IMG/VR virus record: IMGVR_UViG_3300037657_000136
Coordinates: 1-40,467 of that record
Origin: a virus
Taxonomy: Duplodnaviria > Caudoviricetes
Length of the DNA: 40,467 bases
Reading direction: 5' to 3' (one strand)
The notes under the pieces are model-generated. The model did no database searches and was not told the DNA's origin. It saw nothing but the letters and a program-made list of their open reading frames with translations. The translations under genes and the position numbers were made by a program. Below, one piece after another: positions 24,649-32,538 of this stretch. Position 1 is the first letter of the stretch. Every line of letters begins with the position of its first letter.

Positions 24649-25751
24649 GGCCCCCTCTCCTCCTGGTCAGCCTTGCACTCGCAGCGAACGGTTCCCTCCT
24701 GGCCATCTTCGATCTCGCCTTTCAACGCCCGGCGAAACCCGGACCCCGAGCATTTAAAACATGGCTCCGGCGGCGGCTCCCTTGCCGCCGCCGACTCATC
24801 CTGGAACCGGAACTTGCGCAGATAGGCCGAAGCCAGGGGGATGAACCGGCCCTCCTCCCGCTGCCAGGCCTCGCTCTCAACCTGCCGCCGGAGCACCGCC
24901 AGCATCTCCGCCAACGGCCTGAGCTTCCCCCGGCGCTTCAGCCGCCCCCAATCCCTGGCGGCCACCTCCTTGCCGATACGCATCGGCGGCGGCGCCTCCT
25001 CCCACCACACCAGAAAATCAGGATCACACCCATTCCCCCCCGGCGGGGGGGTAGGGGGGGTAGTTTCTTTTACTTGTGATTGTGATTGTGTTTGTGAGGA
25101 TGGATACTCTCGTGTGTCTGTCGTGATACTCTCGTGTGTCTGTCGTGATACTCTCGTGTCTAATTTTCTCTGCCGGTTATGGCAGGATAAGCACAAAGCC
25201 TCTAAGTTCTCTCTATTATGGGCCTTTTCGTGGTCCCCCTCAAATTCTCTGGCTGGCTTGATATGGTGTATATCTAAGGCCCGACCGTTTTCTTCCGGTG
25301 TTTTGCCGCATTTTTGACAAACCCTGTCCCGCTCGCGCACCTCTTTCACAATCTCAGGCCAGGCTTTTCCGTGATTAGTGATAGTCCCGCTTATCCTTCG
25401 CTTGGTATATTCCGCTGCCCTATCCGCCAGCTTGGGACAAAAGACTTTTTGCTCCTCCCAGGCCGTCGGGTCGATAGAGTTTACCTGGGCCAGCAAATCC
25501 AAAAACTCCCGCAGCTCCTCCACGGTGCAGTACAGGTCATCCGCCAGCACCTCCAAACCGTAGTCCTCCGGCAGGGCAAAACTGTCCAGGCCGTCATCGG
25601 CCACCCCCTGCTGCCCGATGATTTCCAGCAGCCGCCAAAACCGGCCCACCGCCGCCATCACCGCCTGGCCGCCCCGGTCCTTGTAAAACACCTCAATCTT
25701 GCGGATCTTCTTGTTATTCCCGGCATCCGTCCGGTGCTCAAACCAGCGCAT
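24645..25751 (-). CDS. Phage replication initiator (replisome organizer-like) with inserted HNH domain and C-terminal CxxC..CxC
   Basis: MRWF.H..DA....KI N-terminus; iterons; TPPTPP linker; F..WW...P....K..A..W and FIP.AS.YL..RF.DE C-terminal domain; CQKC...HHI...N...LC..CHN. Confidence 0.8.
   Translation of the reverse strand: MRWFEHRTDAGNNKKIRKIEVFYKDRGGQAVMAAVGRFWRLLEIIGQQGVADDGLDSFALPEDYGLEVLADDLYCTVEELREFLDLLAQVNSIDPTAWEEQKVFCPKLADRAAEYTKRRISGTITNHGKAWPEIVKEVRERDRVCQKCGKTPEENGRALDIHHIKPAREFEGDHEKAHNRENLEALCLSCHNRQRKLDTRVSRQTHESITTDTREYPSSQTQSQSQVKETTPPTPPPGGNGCDPDFLVWWEEAPPPMRIGKEVAARDWGRLKRRGKLRPLAEMLAVLRRQVESEAWQREEGRFIPLASAYLRKFRFQDESAAAREPPPEPCFKCSGSGFRRALKGEIEDGQEGTVRCECKADQEERGP
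25103..25160. repeat. Replication origin iterons (22-bp GATACTCTCGTGTGTCTGTCGT x2.6)
   Basis: Direct repeats inside the initiator gene, as in lambdoid origins. Confidence 0.7.
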
Positions 25752-25771
25752 ATCGAATCCTTAAAATCACA

Positions 25772-25815
25772 CGAACGGGCGAACACCGCGAACGGGCGAA
25801 CACCGCGAACGGGCG
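25772..25815. repeat. 17-bp tandem repeat CGAACGGGCGAACACCG x2.6
   Basis: Seen directly, intergenic between csp and rep. Confidence 0.8.
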
Positions 25816-25825
25816 CAAGCTCATC

Positions 25826-26068
25826 TCACAACCTCACCACATCCACCGCCGCCGGCCCCTTGGACCCCTGTTTTACGGTAAATTCCACCGCCTCCCCCTT
25901 CTTGAAACTCCGCACCACCGCAATAATGTTCGAAAAATGCACGAACACATCCGGCGCCCCGGCGCGCTGAATAAACCCGATCCCCTTCTTGGCGTCGAAC
26001 CACTTCACCACCCCCTGCTGCCGCTCCGGGCGGCCCTGGTGTTCGGCCCGCGGCCCTGGCGCTGCCAT
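25826..26068 (-). CDS. Cold-shock domain protein (CspA family)
   Basis: GVVKWFDAKKGIGFI (RNP1) and DVFVHFS (RNP2), V.F....G.KGP.A..V. Confidence 0.92.
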   Translation of the reverse strand: MAAPGPRAEHQGRPERQQGVVKWFDAKKGIGFIQRAGAPDVFVHFSNIIAVVRSFKKGEAVEFTVKQGSKGPAAVDVVRL

Positions 26069-26071
26069 AAC

Positions 26072-26455
26072 CTACCCTCCTGTTTCAGCTTTCTTTGCCT
26101 GGTGGAGTATATGGATCACCAGATTCGGCACTTTCCGGTCCACGTCCTCTGCCTTTTTCTCCAGCCATTCCCGCAGCGGCCGGTATTCTGCCGGAAAGGC
26201 CAGTACGATATTGCCTTTCTGGCATCCCTGACCGGGGATTAAGTTCTTTTTGCCGCGCTGGGAATAGCAGTCCCGGCAAAACGGCAACAGCTTTTGTTTT
26301 TTATCCCGATGCCGTTCATTTTCCGGATGCTCCGGGCATGGGTTCACCGGTCCCGGATTGGCTTGGTTCACCACCCTCAACCCTTCCTCCAGCTTTCCCG
26401 GTCCTAAAACCTTTATCGCCTCTTCCTCGCTAGCGAACTTAACGGCTTTACCCAT
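26072..26455 (-). CDS. Hypothetical protein with Cys/His zinc motif
   Basis: CPEHP...CRDC; AGGAG RBS. Confidence 0.65.
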   Translation of the reverse strand: MGKAVKFASEEEAIKVLGPGKLEEGLRVVNQANPGPVNPCPEHPENERHRDKKQKLLPFCRDCYSQRGKKNLIPGQGCQKGNIVLAFPAEYRPLREWLEKKAEDVDRKVPNLVIHILHQAKKAETGG

Positions 26456-26835
26456 TGGAATCTCCTTACTAAAATCAGCCAGCCGTGGCGCAGGCGGGAC
26501 CTTCGTGGCGCAGGCGGGACCTTCGTGGCGCAGGCGTCCCCGCCTGCGGCCGGCCGATCAATCGGTCGATCAATCGGTCGATCAATCGGCCGGCTGACAC
26601 ATGTTTTGACCTCCGGCCCTCGAACTATCAAGCCATCTCCACGGCAACCCATGCAGTGCTCCAGGGGACCGATATGCGCCTCGGGAAACTTTGCCCGCAG
26701 CGCCTTGATCCGGGCCAGGTTCTTTTCGCACGGCCTCAGCAAAAACCCGCTGCGCCACTTTTCGCAGTAATAGGGCAGTGCCTGAACCTCATTGGTGGCA
26801 CAGGTTTCTAACCTGTGTTCCTTGGTCCCCTTCAT
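26413..26835 (-). CDS. Hypothetical Cys-containing protein with REP and microsatellite insertions
   Basis: YYCEK..C...C..C core; HRLETCAT and RPID repeats. Confidence 0.5.
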   Translation of the reverse strand: MKGTKEHRLETCATNEVQALPYYCEKWRSGFLLRPCEKNLARIKALRAKFPEAHIGPLEHCMGCRGDGLIVRGPEVKTCVSRPIDRPIDRPIDRPAAGGDACATKVPPAPRRSRLRHGWLILVRRFQWVKPLSSLARKRR

Positions 26836-26850
26836 ACCGCCGCCCCCAGC

Positions 26851-26880
26851 CCCCGTAGGGGCGGACCTGTGTGTCCGCCC
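26851..26880 (+). repeat. GTAG-type REP, identical to 33091-33120
   Basis: CCCCGTAGGGGCGGACCTGTGTGTCCGCCC. Confidence 0.85.
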
Positions 26881-26904
26881 TGTTCCTCCGCGCCGGGGCC
26901 GTCT

Positions 26905-27285
26905 TTAGGTCTCATCGGCCTGCCGTGACTCCGGCACCGGGCACGAGGCCCGGAACCCCCGGGAGGCCCGCCCCCGCAGGGTGATCAACCCCGCCGCCGC
27001 CTCGCACATGGCATGATATGCCTCCGCCTTCCCAGTGTGGGAGGCGTCCAGTGGTGCAGGCGTCTCGCCTGCACTCCCCATGCTTCCCCTCTCCGCCTTT
27101 GCCACCCCTTTCGCCACCTCCAGGGCCAGTATGGTTTCTCCCAGACAGTAGTCCAGCCACGCCAGGGACTCGGAAAGCGGGTCCTGGGTTCCAGGTTCTC
27201 TAAAAACAGGTTCCAGGTTCCAGGTTCCAGGTTCCAGTTCTCCCCCTTTTTCTAAAGGGGCCCCGGGAAGGTTTTTGCCCTTCAT
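26905..27285 (-). CDS. Hypothetical protein
   Basis: ATG overlaps upstream stop; contains heptamer and REP insertions. Confidence 0.55.
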   Translation of the reverse strand: MKGKNLPGAPLEKGGELEPGTWNLEPVFREPGTQDPLSESLAWLDYCLGETILALEVAKGVAKAERGSMGSAGETPAPLDASHTGKAEAYHAMCEAAAGLITLRGRASRGFRASCPVPESRQADET

Positions 27286-27626
27286 CTCTCCCCCCCCCTG
27301 ACACCTGACACCTGACCCCTGGAACCTAATTCATCCGCGATCTGCCGCAGCACCTCGCCCCGGCTCCCCGCCACCACCCCGAACCGGCTGCAGAACTTCT
27401 TCAGGGCCGAACTCACCGCCTCCGGCCGGGTCCGGTTCACGAACTCCAGGATCTCTGCCAGCTGCTTGACGTTGGGCAGGTTCTGAACCTTGGATTTGTA
27501 CCCGAAACAGGAGATGGTGTTGGCCGCCTTCCCCATCTCCTTGGCCAACTCCTCCACGTCCTGGCCCAACAGCAGGTCAGCCACCAGCGCCGAGAAAAAA
27601 TCTTCCCAAAAAAACTTTTCCATCAT
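27282..27626 (-). CDS. CII-like transcriptional regulator
   Basis: Follows cro; VEELAKEMGKAANTIS HTH; GGAGG RBS before ATG 27626. Confidence 0.55.
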   Translation of the reverse strand: MMEKFFWEDFFSALVADLLLGQDVEELAKEMGKAANTISCFGYKSKVQNLPNVKQLAEILEFVNRTRPEAVSSALKKFCSRFGVVAGSRGEVLRQIADELGSRGQVSGVRGGER

Positions 27627-27754
27627 TGCCAAAGCCTCCGGGAGAATTGCCAAAGATTTTCACAAGCCCTATTTCACTTTCACAAGCCCTGTTCCTTTGG
27701 CAAAACAGGGGTCTTTTGCCAAAACTCAGGCCAAAAAAATATAACCCCGCAGAA

Positions 27755-27997
27755 TCACAGGGTTATATTTTTGGTAGCTTCTTCCTGGCCCCCGCCATTA
27801 CCCTTATATGGGTTCGGCACCAGGTCATCCAATGACAACGCCCCCTGGGCGTCATCCAGGATAACCTTGATGCTGGTCACCGAAAGTCCCCGTTGCCCTT
27901 TCAGATAACGGGTGATGCTGGGCACCGGCAGGTTAAGCCTCTTGGCATAGGCGCACTTTCTTTCGTTGAGGTTCGCAATATGATCTCCGAGTCTCAT
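27755..27997 (-). CDS. cro: Cro-like HTH repressor
   Basis: AYAKRLNLPVPSITRYLKGQRGLS HTH, divergent from cI. Confidence 0.75.
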   Translation of the reverse strand: MRLGDHIANLNERKCAYAKRLNLPVPSITRYLKGQRGLSVTSIKVILDDAQGALSLDDLVPNPYKGNGGGQEEATKNITL

Positions 27998-28006
27998 AAT
28001 TTGGAC

Positions 28007-28060
28007 AATTACCATACAGCAATTTTAAGTGCAAGAGATAAAATTACCGCACGTCAAATT
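28007..28060. promoter_or_regulatory. OR operators (AATTACCATACAGCAATT 28007-28024; AATTACCGCACGTCAAATT 28042-28060) with divergent promoters
   Basis: Two related imperfect palindromes between cro and cI, matching two sites at 29460-29510. Confidence 0.7.
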
Positions 28061-28081
28061 AATTTAGATTATTCTTGGATT

Positions 28082-28768
28082 ATGAAGGCGTCGGACCGGG
28101 AAAAGTTAGACAAGGAAATTGACAATATATTGATATTTATCAGTAATTATATTAAGTCAATTCCAGATGTTGAAAAGAAGAAGGCAAATGAATTTGCTGA
28201 ATTGTGCGGAGTAGGGCCTGAAAACATCACCCGCTATAAAAGATATGGCGAATCAACCGCAGAGGGCGGAAGACACGATCCCCATCTAAGGACATTTTAT
28301 AAGATTCTACGGGGCCTATTGGGAAAACCGCCCTTTGCAATTGACGACAAAGAAAACCATATTTCCGTCCCCTTGGTTGACGGCCGCATTGCCGCCAACC
28401 CCGCCGGCCATATCCCCGGCGACGCCATCGAGTCTCAGGTCTGGCTCCCCCGCTGCGAACTCCACGGCCGCCACAACCTGGTGGCCGTCCGCCTGGCCCC
28501 CGACGCCGATTCTATGGAACCAGCTCTGCACCCTGGCGACCTGGTAATCATCGACCGCAACGACCGCGAACTTACTCCCGGGGGCCTCTATGCTGTCCGC
28601 CTTCCCGACCAGGAATCTTGCACCATAAAACGCTTGCAATTAATCCCCGACCAAAAGATAATTTTATTATTATCCAATAATCCAAAATATGAACCCCTGC
28701 CCGTGAGCGACCATGAACACCTTATTATTGGCCGCGTAATCTATTCCTTGACGAATTGGCTAAAATGA
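28082..28768 (+). CDS. cI: CI-like repressor (HTH + S24 peptidase)
   Basis: HTH EFAELCGVGPENITRY; DSMEP.L.PGD.VIID and TIKRL catalytic Ser/Lys; IIGRVI C-terminus; likely leaderless ATG at 28082. Confidence 0.9.
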   Translation: MKASDREKLDKEIDNILIFISNYIKSIPDVEKKKANEFAELCGVGPENITRYKRYGESTAEGGRHDPHLRTFYKILRGLLGKPPFAIDDKENHISVPLVDGRIAANPAGHIPGDAIESQVWLPRCELHGRHNLVAVRLAPDADSMEPALHPGDLVIIDRNDRELTPGGLYAVRLPDQESCTIKRLQLIPDQKIILLLSNNPKYEPLPVSDHEHLIIGRVIYSLTNWLK

Positions 28769-28778
28769 GGAACCAGCC

Positions 28779-29039
28779 ATGATAAGATTAACATTAGCTT
28801 TAATTATCATCATAACTTACTGCAATATCGGATATTCTCAGATTCAGCATGAATCCCCTAAAATGAAACAACTACGGCAAGAACTTGAAGACCAAATAAT
28901 TATCCAAGGCAATGAAGCATATTATCAAATGCAGGCAAGGGAAATGGAGCGTCAAACAGAGAATCTTAAAATGGAAAGACGACTAAAAAAAATGCAAGAG
29001 GAAATTGATGAATTAAAATATTTTCGAAACCATGATTGA
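28779..29039 (+). CDS. AT-rich secreted/membrane coiled-coil protein (moron in immunity region)
   Basis: Signal-peptide-like N-terminus, GAGG RBS, low GC. Confidence 0.65.
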   Translation: MIRLTLALIIIITYCNIGYSQIQHESPKMKQLRQELEDQIIIQGNEAYYQMQAREMERQTENLKMERRLKKMQEEIDELKYFRNHD

Positions 29040-29074
29040 CGACAAGAATCTTGGCTGAAATTGGGAGAAAGATC

Positions 29075-29398
29075 ATGATTAATTACATTATTTATTGGGT
29101 TTTAATCGCTACTCTTTTATTGCCAGCCTGTGCCGCAAATATGCAATGGTCCAAACCAGGGGCAACAGATGCCGAATTTAAGAAGGATTGCTATGAATGT
29201 GAACGTGACGCTGCCATGTTACCCGGTTCCCCTGCTCCTTACCGACCTGCTCTTTATGCAAATACTCCTTCCGGTTCAATGCAAAGTTCTGGTGATGACC
29301 TCTTGGCTCTATCCCATAAATTAGGCCAAGAGGCTAAAAGGCTAAGCCTGTTTCAGCAATGCATGGAATCAAAAGGGTATGTTTTGATTAATAAATAA
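29075..29398 (+). CDS. Lipoprotein (possible superinfection exclusion)
   Basis: Lipobox LLPAC; W.KPG....F..D.Y.C...CM..KGY motif; cotranscribed with cI. Confidence 0.7.
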   Translation: MINYIIYWVLIATLLLPACAANMQWSKPGATDAEFKKDCYECERDAAMLPGSPAPYRPALYANTPSGSMQSSGDDLLALSHKLGQEAKRLSLFQQCMESKGYVLINK

Positions 29399-29424
29399 AC
29401 TCCTAATGGTTCATTTCTTAAAGG

Positions 29425-29447
29425 GCCGCCTCCGGGCGGCTTTTTTT
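29425..29447 (+). terminator. Intrinsic terminator of the cI transcript
   Basis: GCCGCC-TCCG-GGCGGC-TTTTTTT. Confidence 0.85.
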
Positions 29448-29459
29448 AATGCATAAATA

Positions 29460-29512
29460 TTACCGCACCGCAATTTTTATCTTGACAGACAAATTTGCCG
29501 TATGGTAATTAT
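29460..29512 (+). promoter_or_regulatory. pL-type early promoter with two operators (OL)
   Basis: TTGACA at 29482 with GGTAAT -10; operators ATTACCGCACCGCAATT and AATTTGCCGTATGGTAATT match the OR sites. Confidence 0.75.
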
Positions 29513-29579
29513 CTCCTCAGACATCAACCCCCCCGCTCCCCCGGGCAGACGCCCCAACCTTTGCCGGATAGGAGAAACG

Positions 29580-30203
29580 ATGCTGACTGACGAACAGATT
29601 GCCAAATTACCGCCCTATAAAAAGCTGCTCGAAATATCCCGAGAGCATGGGGCCTGTGCCAATTTTTTGGAGCGTGCCAATAAGTGCGAATCATATCAAG
29701 AAGCGGCAAGCAAACAGAACATCAACTTATTTACATGGTTTGATTGGCTCAAAGATTATTTCACGGCTCCGGCCAGGGCTGAGTACGAGAAGGCCAGGGA
29801 TGCGGCCAGGGCTGAGTACGAGAAGGTCACGGCTCCGGCCAGGGCTGAGTACGAGAAGGTCACGGCTCCGGCCAGGGCTGAGTACAAGAAGGTCAGGGAT
29901 GCGGCTTGGGCTGAGTACGAGAAGGTCAGGGATGCGGCCAGGGCTGAGTACAAGAAGGTCAGGGATGCGGCTTTGGCTGAGTACAAGAAGGTCAGGGATG
30001 CGGCCAGGGCTGAGTACGAGAAGGTCAGGGATGCGGCCAGGGCTGAGTACGAGAAGGTCACGGCTCCGGCCAGGGCTGAGTACAAGAAGGTCAGGGCTCC
30101 GGCCAGGGCTGAGTACGAGAAGGTCAGGGATGCGGCCAGGGCTGAGTACGAGAAGGTCAGGGATGCGGCTATGATTCAGGGAATTATAAGAAGTTTTATT
30201 TAA
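29580..30203 (+). CDS. Early protein with 12 tandem 11-aa repeats (RDAARAEYEKV/TAPARAEYEKV)
   Basis: GGAG RBS; the repeat reads as an amphipathic helix in this frame. Confidence 0.75.
   Translation: MLTDEQIAKLPPYKKLLEISREHGACANFLERANKCESYQEAASKQNINLFTWFDWLKDYFTAPARAEYEKARDAARAEYEKVTAPARAEYEKVTAPARAEYKKVRDAAWAEYEKVRDAARAEYKKVRDAALAEYKKVRDAARAEYEKVRDAARAEYEKVTAPARAEYKKVRAPARAEYEKVRDAARAEYEKVRDAAMIQGIIRSFI
29763..30170 (+). repeat. 33-bp tandem repeat, ~12.4 units
   Basis: Seen directly. Confidence 0.95.
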
Positions 30204-30330
30204 CCCTACCCCCGGTCCCCCAGGCAGACGCCCCAACCTTTGCCGAGCCGGGGGGAGGCCGGGCCGCCCCGATGCACCTGTAGCTTAAGGAGAACGGGCG
30301 CCCCCGGCCGGGGACCAAAGGAGCACCACT

Positions 30331-30504
30331 ATGCGAGGCGCCACAGCCAAACGCCTGCGCCGGGAAGCCCAGGGCGGCGGCAAAGACTATCGCCGCCACC
30401 TGAACACCGGCCAGGTCACCCTAACCCCGTCCTGCTGGCGGGCCAATTACCAGCAATTGAAGAAGCAGCTCAAGGCAGGGAGCTTACGTGTCCAGCAGCC
30501 CTGA
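30331..30504 (+). CDS. Small basic hypothetical protein (57 aa; MRGATAKRLRREAQ...)
   Basis: AAGGAG RBS, ATG 30331; below the ORF-track cutoff. Confidence 0.6.
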   Translation: MRGATAKRLRREAQGGGKDYRRHLNTGQVTLTPSCWRANYQQLKKQLKAGSLRVQQP

Positions 30505-30872
30505 AACCGGAGCCCTTACCCACCGCCCGGGAGCTGCACGTATATCTCCGGGAGTTCTATCACGACAACCCCGCCTTCTGGTCCTGGCGGGCTTTGGCCG
30601 TCAAAAACAGTTTTGGGAATTGAGTGTGCTACGAGAAAATCCGCCGGGTTTCCCGATGCTATCCACTTATGAGGCAACCCATCCAGCAAAATTATTCGCA
30701 CTGGCCGGCTCCATCCTTCGGATTGCGAGTCAAGCCACTATGGCACGAGCCACAGCTTGCCTGCGTGCTCGATGGTATCGACTACATGGTGCTCCGCCCC
30801 GATGAGCACCCAAGTTTTGAGAATGTGTTTGTGTTCCGCCATGGCGGCGCGCCCCCTTCTGCTCATGGATGA
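30488..30872 (+). pseudogene. Probable degenerate gene (frameshift right after GTG, internal TGA at 30621)
   Basis: GC3-rich codons run in the frame LKPEPLPTARELHVYLREF...GN*VCYEKIRR...VLDGIDYMVLRP, not in the frame of the RBS-bearing GTG. Confidence 0.35.
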
Positions 30873-30972
30873 AGCTCGATCACCATAGCACAAGACGCCC
30901 AACCCTGGCCATCCCCATCAACCCCTAACCCAGGCCCCGGCGCCCGCCGCACCGGGGCCTCACGGAGGACCC

Positions 30973-31304
30973 ATGCGAGAATTGACCAACCACATTGTTG
31001 AAGGTGATGTGGCACAAAACCAGAGGATAACCCATCATTTTCTGACCAGGATTATGACCTGGGTTTTGACGAAACCCTCATCCTCTTCCAAAACGGTCCC
31101 ATCAAAGAGGCCGGCCTCAACGGTATCACCCAGGAAGTCCTGCTGGCCATTGTGATTGATCGGCTGCGGTCATTCCAGGCCGGCCCCTTTCCTTCTGAGG
31201 CAAACGCACTCGCACTGAAAAACTGTGAAGCGGCGCTCTATCAGTTGCGGCCCCGGACCCGGGAGTGGCTCCAGCGCGGCGTGGAAGGAACTACCCAAGC
31301 ATAA
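30973..31304 (+). pseudogene. tad1: Tad1-family (Thoeris anti-defence nucleotide sponge) homologue, frameshifted/deleted near the N-terminus
   Basis: Start frame gives MRELTNHIVEGD; the -1 frame gives LFQNGPIKEAGLNGITQEVLLAIVIDRLRSFQAGPFPSEANALALKNCEAAL...R.RE..QRGVEGT, matching Tad1 FQ.G...LL.IV.DRL.SFQAGPF...N..AL...E.AL....R...R.V.GT. Confidence 0.75.
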
Positions 31305-31339
31305 ATAAATCATAGGCAATCCCTAAGGAGAATCGCAGC

Positions 31340-31897
31340 ATGAAACATTCCCGTCCCGATTACGACCGCATCCAGGACCCCGCCGGCCTTATCCCCGAGG
31401 ATGAGCCGGTCTTCTTCCTCCGCGCCCAGGACCTGGTGGCCCCGGCCACCGTCCGCGTCTGGGCCGATTTAGCCGCAGCCCGGGGCGCTGACCCCGAAAT
31501 GGTGGCCAACGCCCGGACTCAGGCCGACGCCATGGAGGCCTGGGCGAAAAAGAAGGTCCCGGACCTGCCCTGCACCCTGACTCCGAAGAGCGGATGGTTT
31601 CCTTACTGGCAATCCCATAAGGTCGTCCGGGCTGACAAAATTGTCGCGGTTAAGAATGACAGTCAAGTCGCCCGGCAACTGTGGACCTTGCGCTGCGGTC
31701 TCGTAATCGATGCTTACCCGGATCTTTACAACCGGGTTCCCAGAAATCATCACCCCTTCGGCGGCTACTATGTCCGCTACGCTGACGGTTATGAATCGTG
31801 GTCCCCGGCGGAAACCTTTGAGTCTGGCTACACTTTGCAGCCGGCGGCAAAGGCCCCGATCTGTGACAAGGGCCAGGAGGCCAACTCCGCCGCCTGA
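31340..31897 (+). CDS. Two-domain phage protein (DEPVF.LRAQD domain + HK.V.A.KI...GGYYV.Y.DGY.SWSP..FE.GY domain)
   Basis: AAGGAG RBS; two recognisable small phage domains fused. Confidence 0.8.
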   Translation: MKHSRPDYDRIQDPAGLIPEDEPVFFLRAQDLVAPATVRVWADLAAARGADPEMVANARTQADAMEAWAKKKVPDLPCTLTPKSGWFPYWQSHKVVRADKIVAVKNDSQVARQLWTLRCGLVIDAYPDLYNRVPRNHHPFGGYYVRYADGYESWSPAETFESGYTLQPAAKAPICDKGQEANSAA

Positions 31898-31963
31898 CTT
31901 TTCACCCCCCCCGGCCCCTGCCCGGCGGGGGCCGGAACTCCCCGGCTCATCACGGAGGCCCAC

Positions 31964-32215
31964 ATGCCCCTCTACGAATTCCAGTGCACGGACTGCTCCA
32001 CCAAAGACTTTCGGGTGGCGGCCAGCTTCGAAGACCAGGCCACCTGTCACATCTGCGGCGGTTTAATGGCCCAGCTCAGTGACCCGTTTGCCCCGGAACC
32101 CTCCAAACCGTGCGCCTGGTGCCAGGCCGAAATCGGCGAAGTCTCTCCCCCGGGCGTCAGCCACGGCATTTGCCAGCGCCACGCAACCGCCTTTTACGAC
32201 GAGGCGCCAAAATGA
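31964..32215 (+). CDS. FmdB-like zinc-ribbon protein with second CxxC..HGIC..H motif
   Basis: MPLYEFQC..C...C..CG. Confidence 0.8.
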   Translation: MPLYEFQCTDCSTKDFRVAASFEDQATCHICGGLMAQLSDPFAPEPSKPCAWCQAEIGEVSPPGVSHGICQRHATAFYDEAPK

Positions 32216-32502
32216 AAGCATGGCTCATAATCGGATTTTCGGTCTTGCTCGCCGCCGGCCTGACCACAGTTATGTACTGCCTCCTCATCATGGCCAGCCG
32301 CGGCGACCGGCAACTTGAAAAACTGGACCAGGCCCAGCCGGACCATGGCACTTGCCCTGCCGCTCCGCCTGCGCCCGAGGGCTACATCTGGTGCCCCACC
32401 TGCCAGGCAATGTTCGCAGACAAACTGTGTCCCGGCTGCACCCCGGACGAAGCCTCGGAAGCGGGATACTACCCCGGCTCTCTGAGTGACCCCAGGGATT
32501 AA
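32212..32502 (+). CDS. Membrane-anchored protein with Cys motif
   Basis: N-terminal TM, CPTC...CPGC. Confidence 0.6.
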   Translation: MKAWLIIGFSVLLAAGLTTVMYCLLIMASRGDRQLEKLDQAQPDHGTCPAAPPAPEGYIWCPTCQAMFADKLCPGCTPDEASEAGYYPGSLSDPRD

Positions 32503-32538
32503 CCATGTGCGTCTTCACCCAACCGCCCAGGAGGCTCC

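Noticed and set aside
27893-28081. N-terminal extension of cI in the ORF track
   Set aside because: It overlaps cro and the operators; ATG 28082 is the plausible start
29763-30170. CRISPR array
   Set aside because: 33-bp units are contiguous with no unique spacers, encode an in-frame peptide repeat, and no cas genes are present
31005-31025. Programmed -1 frameshift producing full Tad1
   Set aside because: No X XXY YYZ slippery site, and the conserved G.GGA.H.Y segment is missing in both frames
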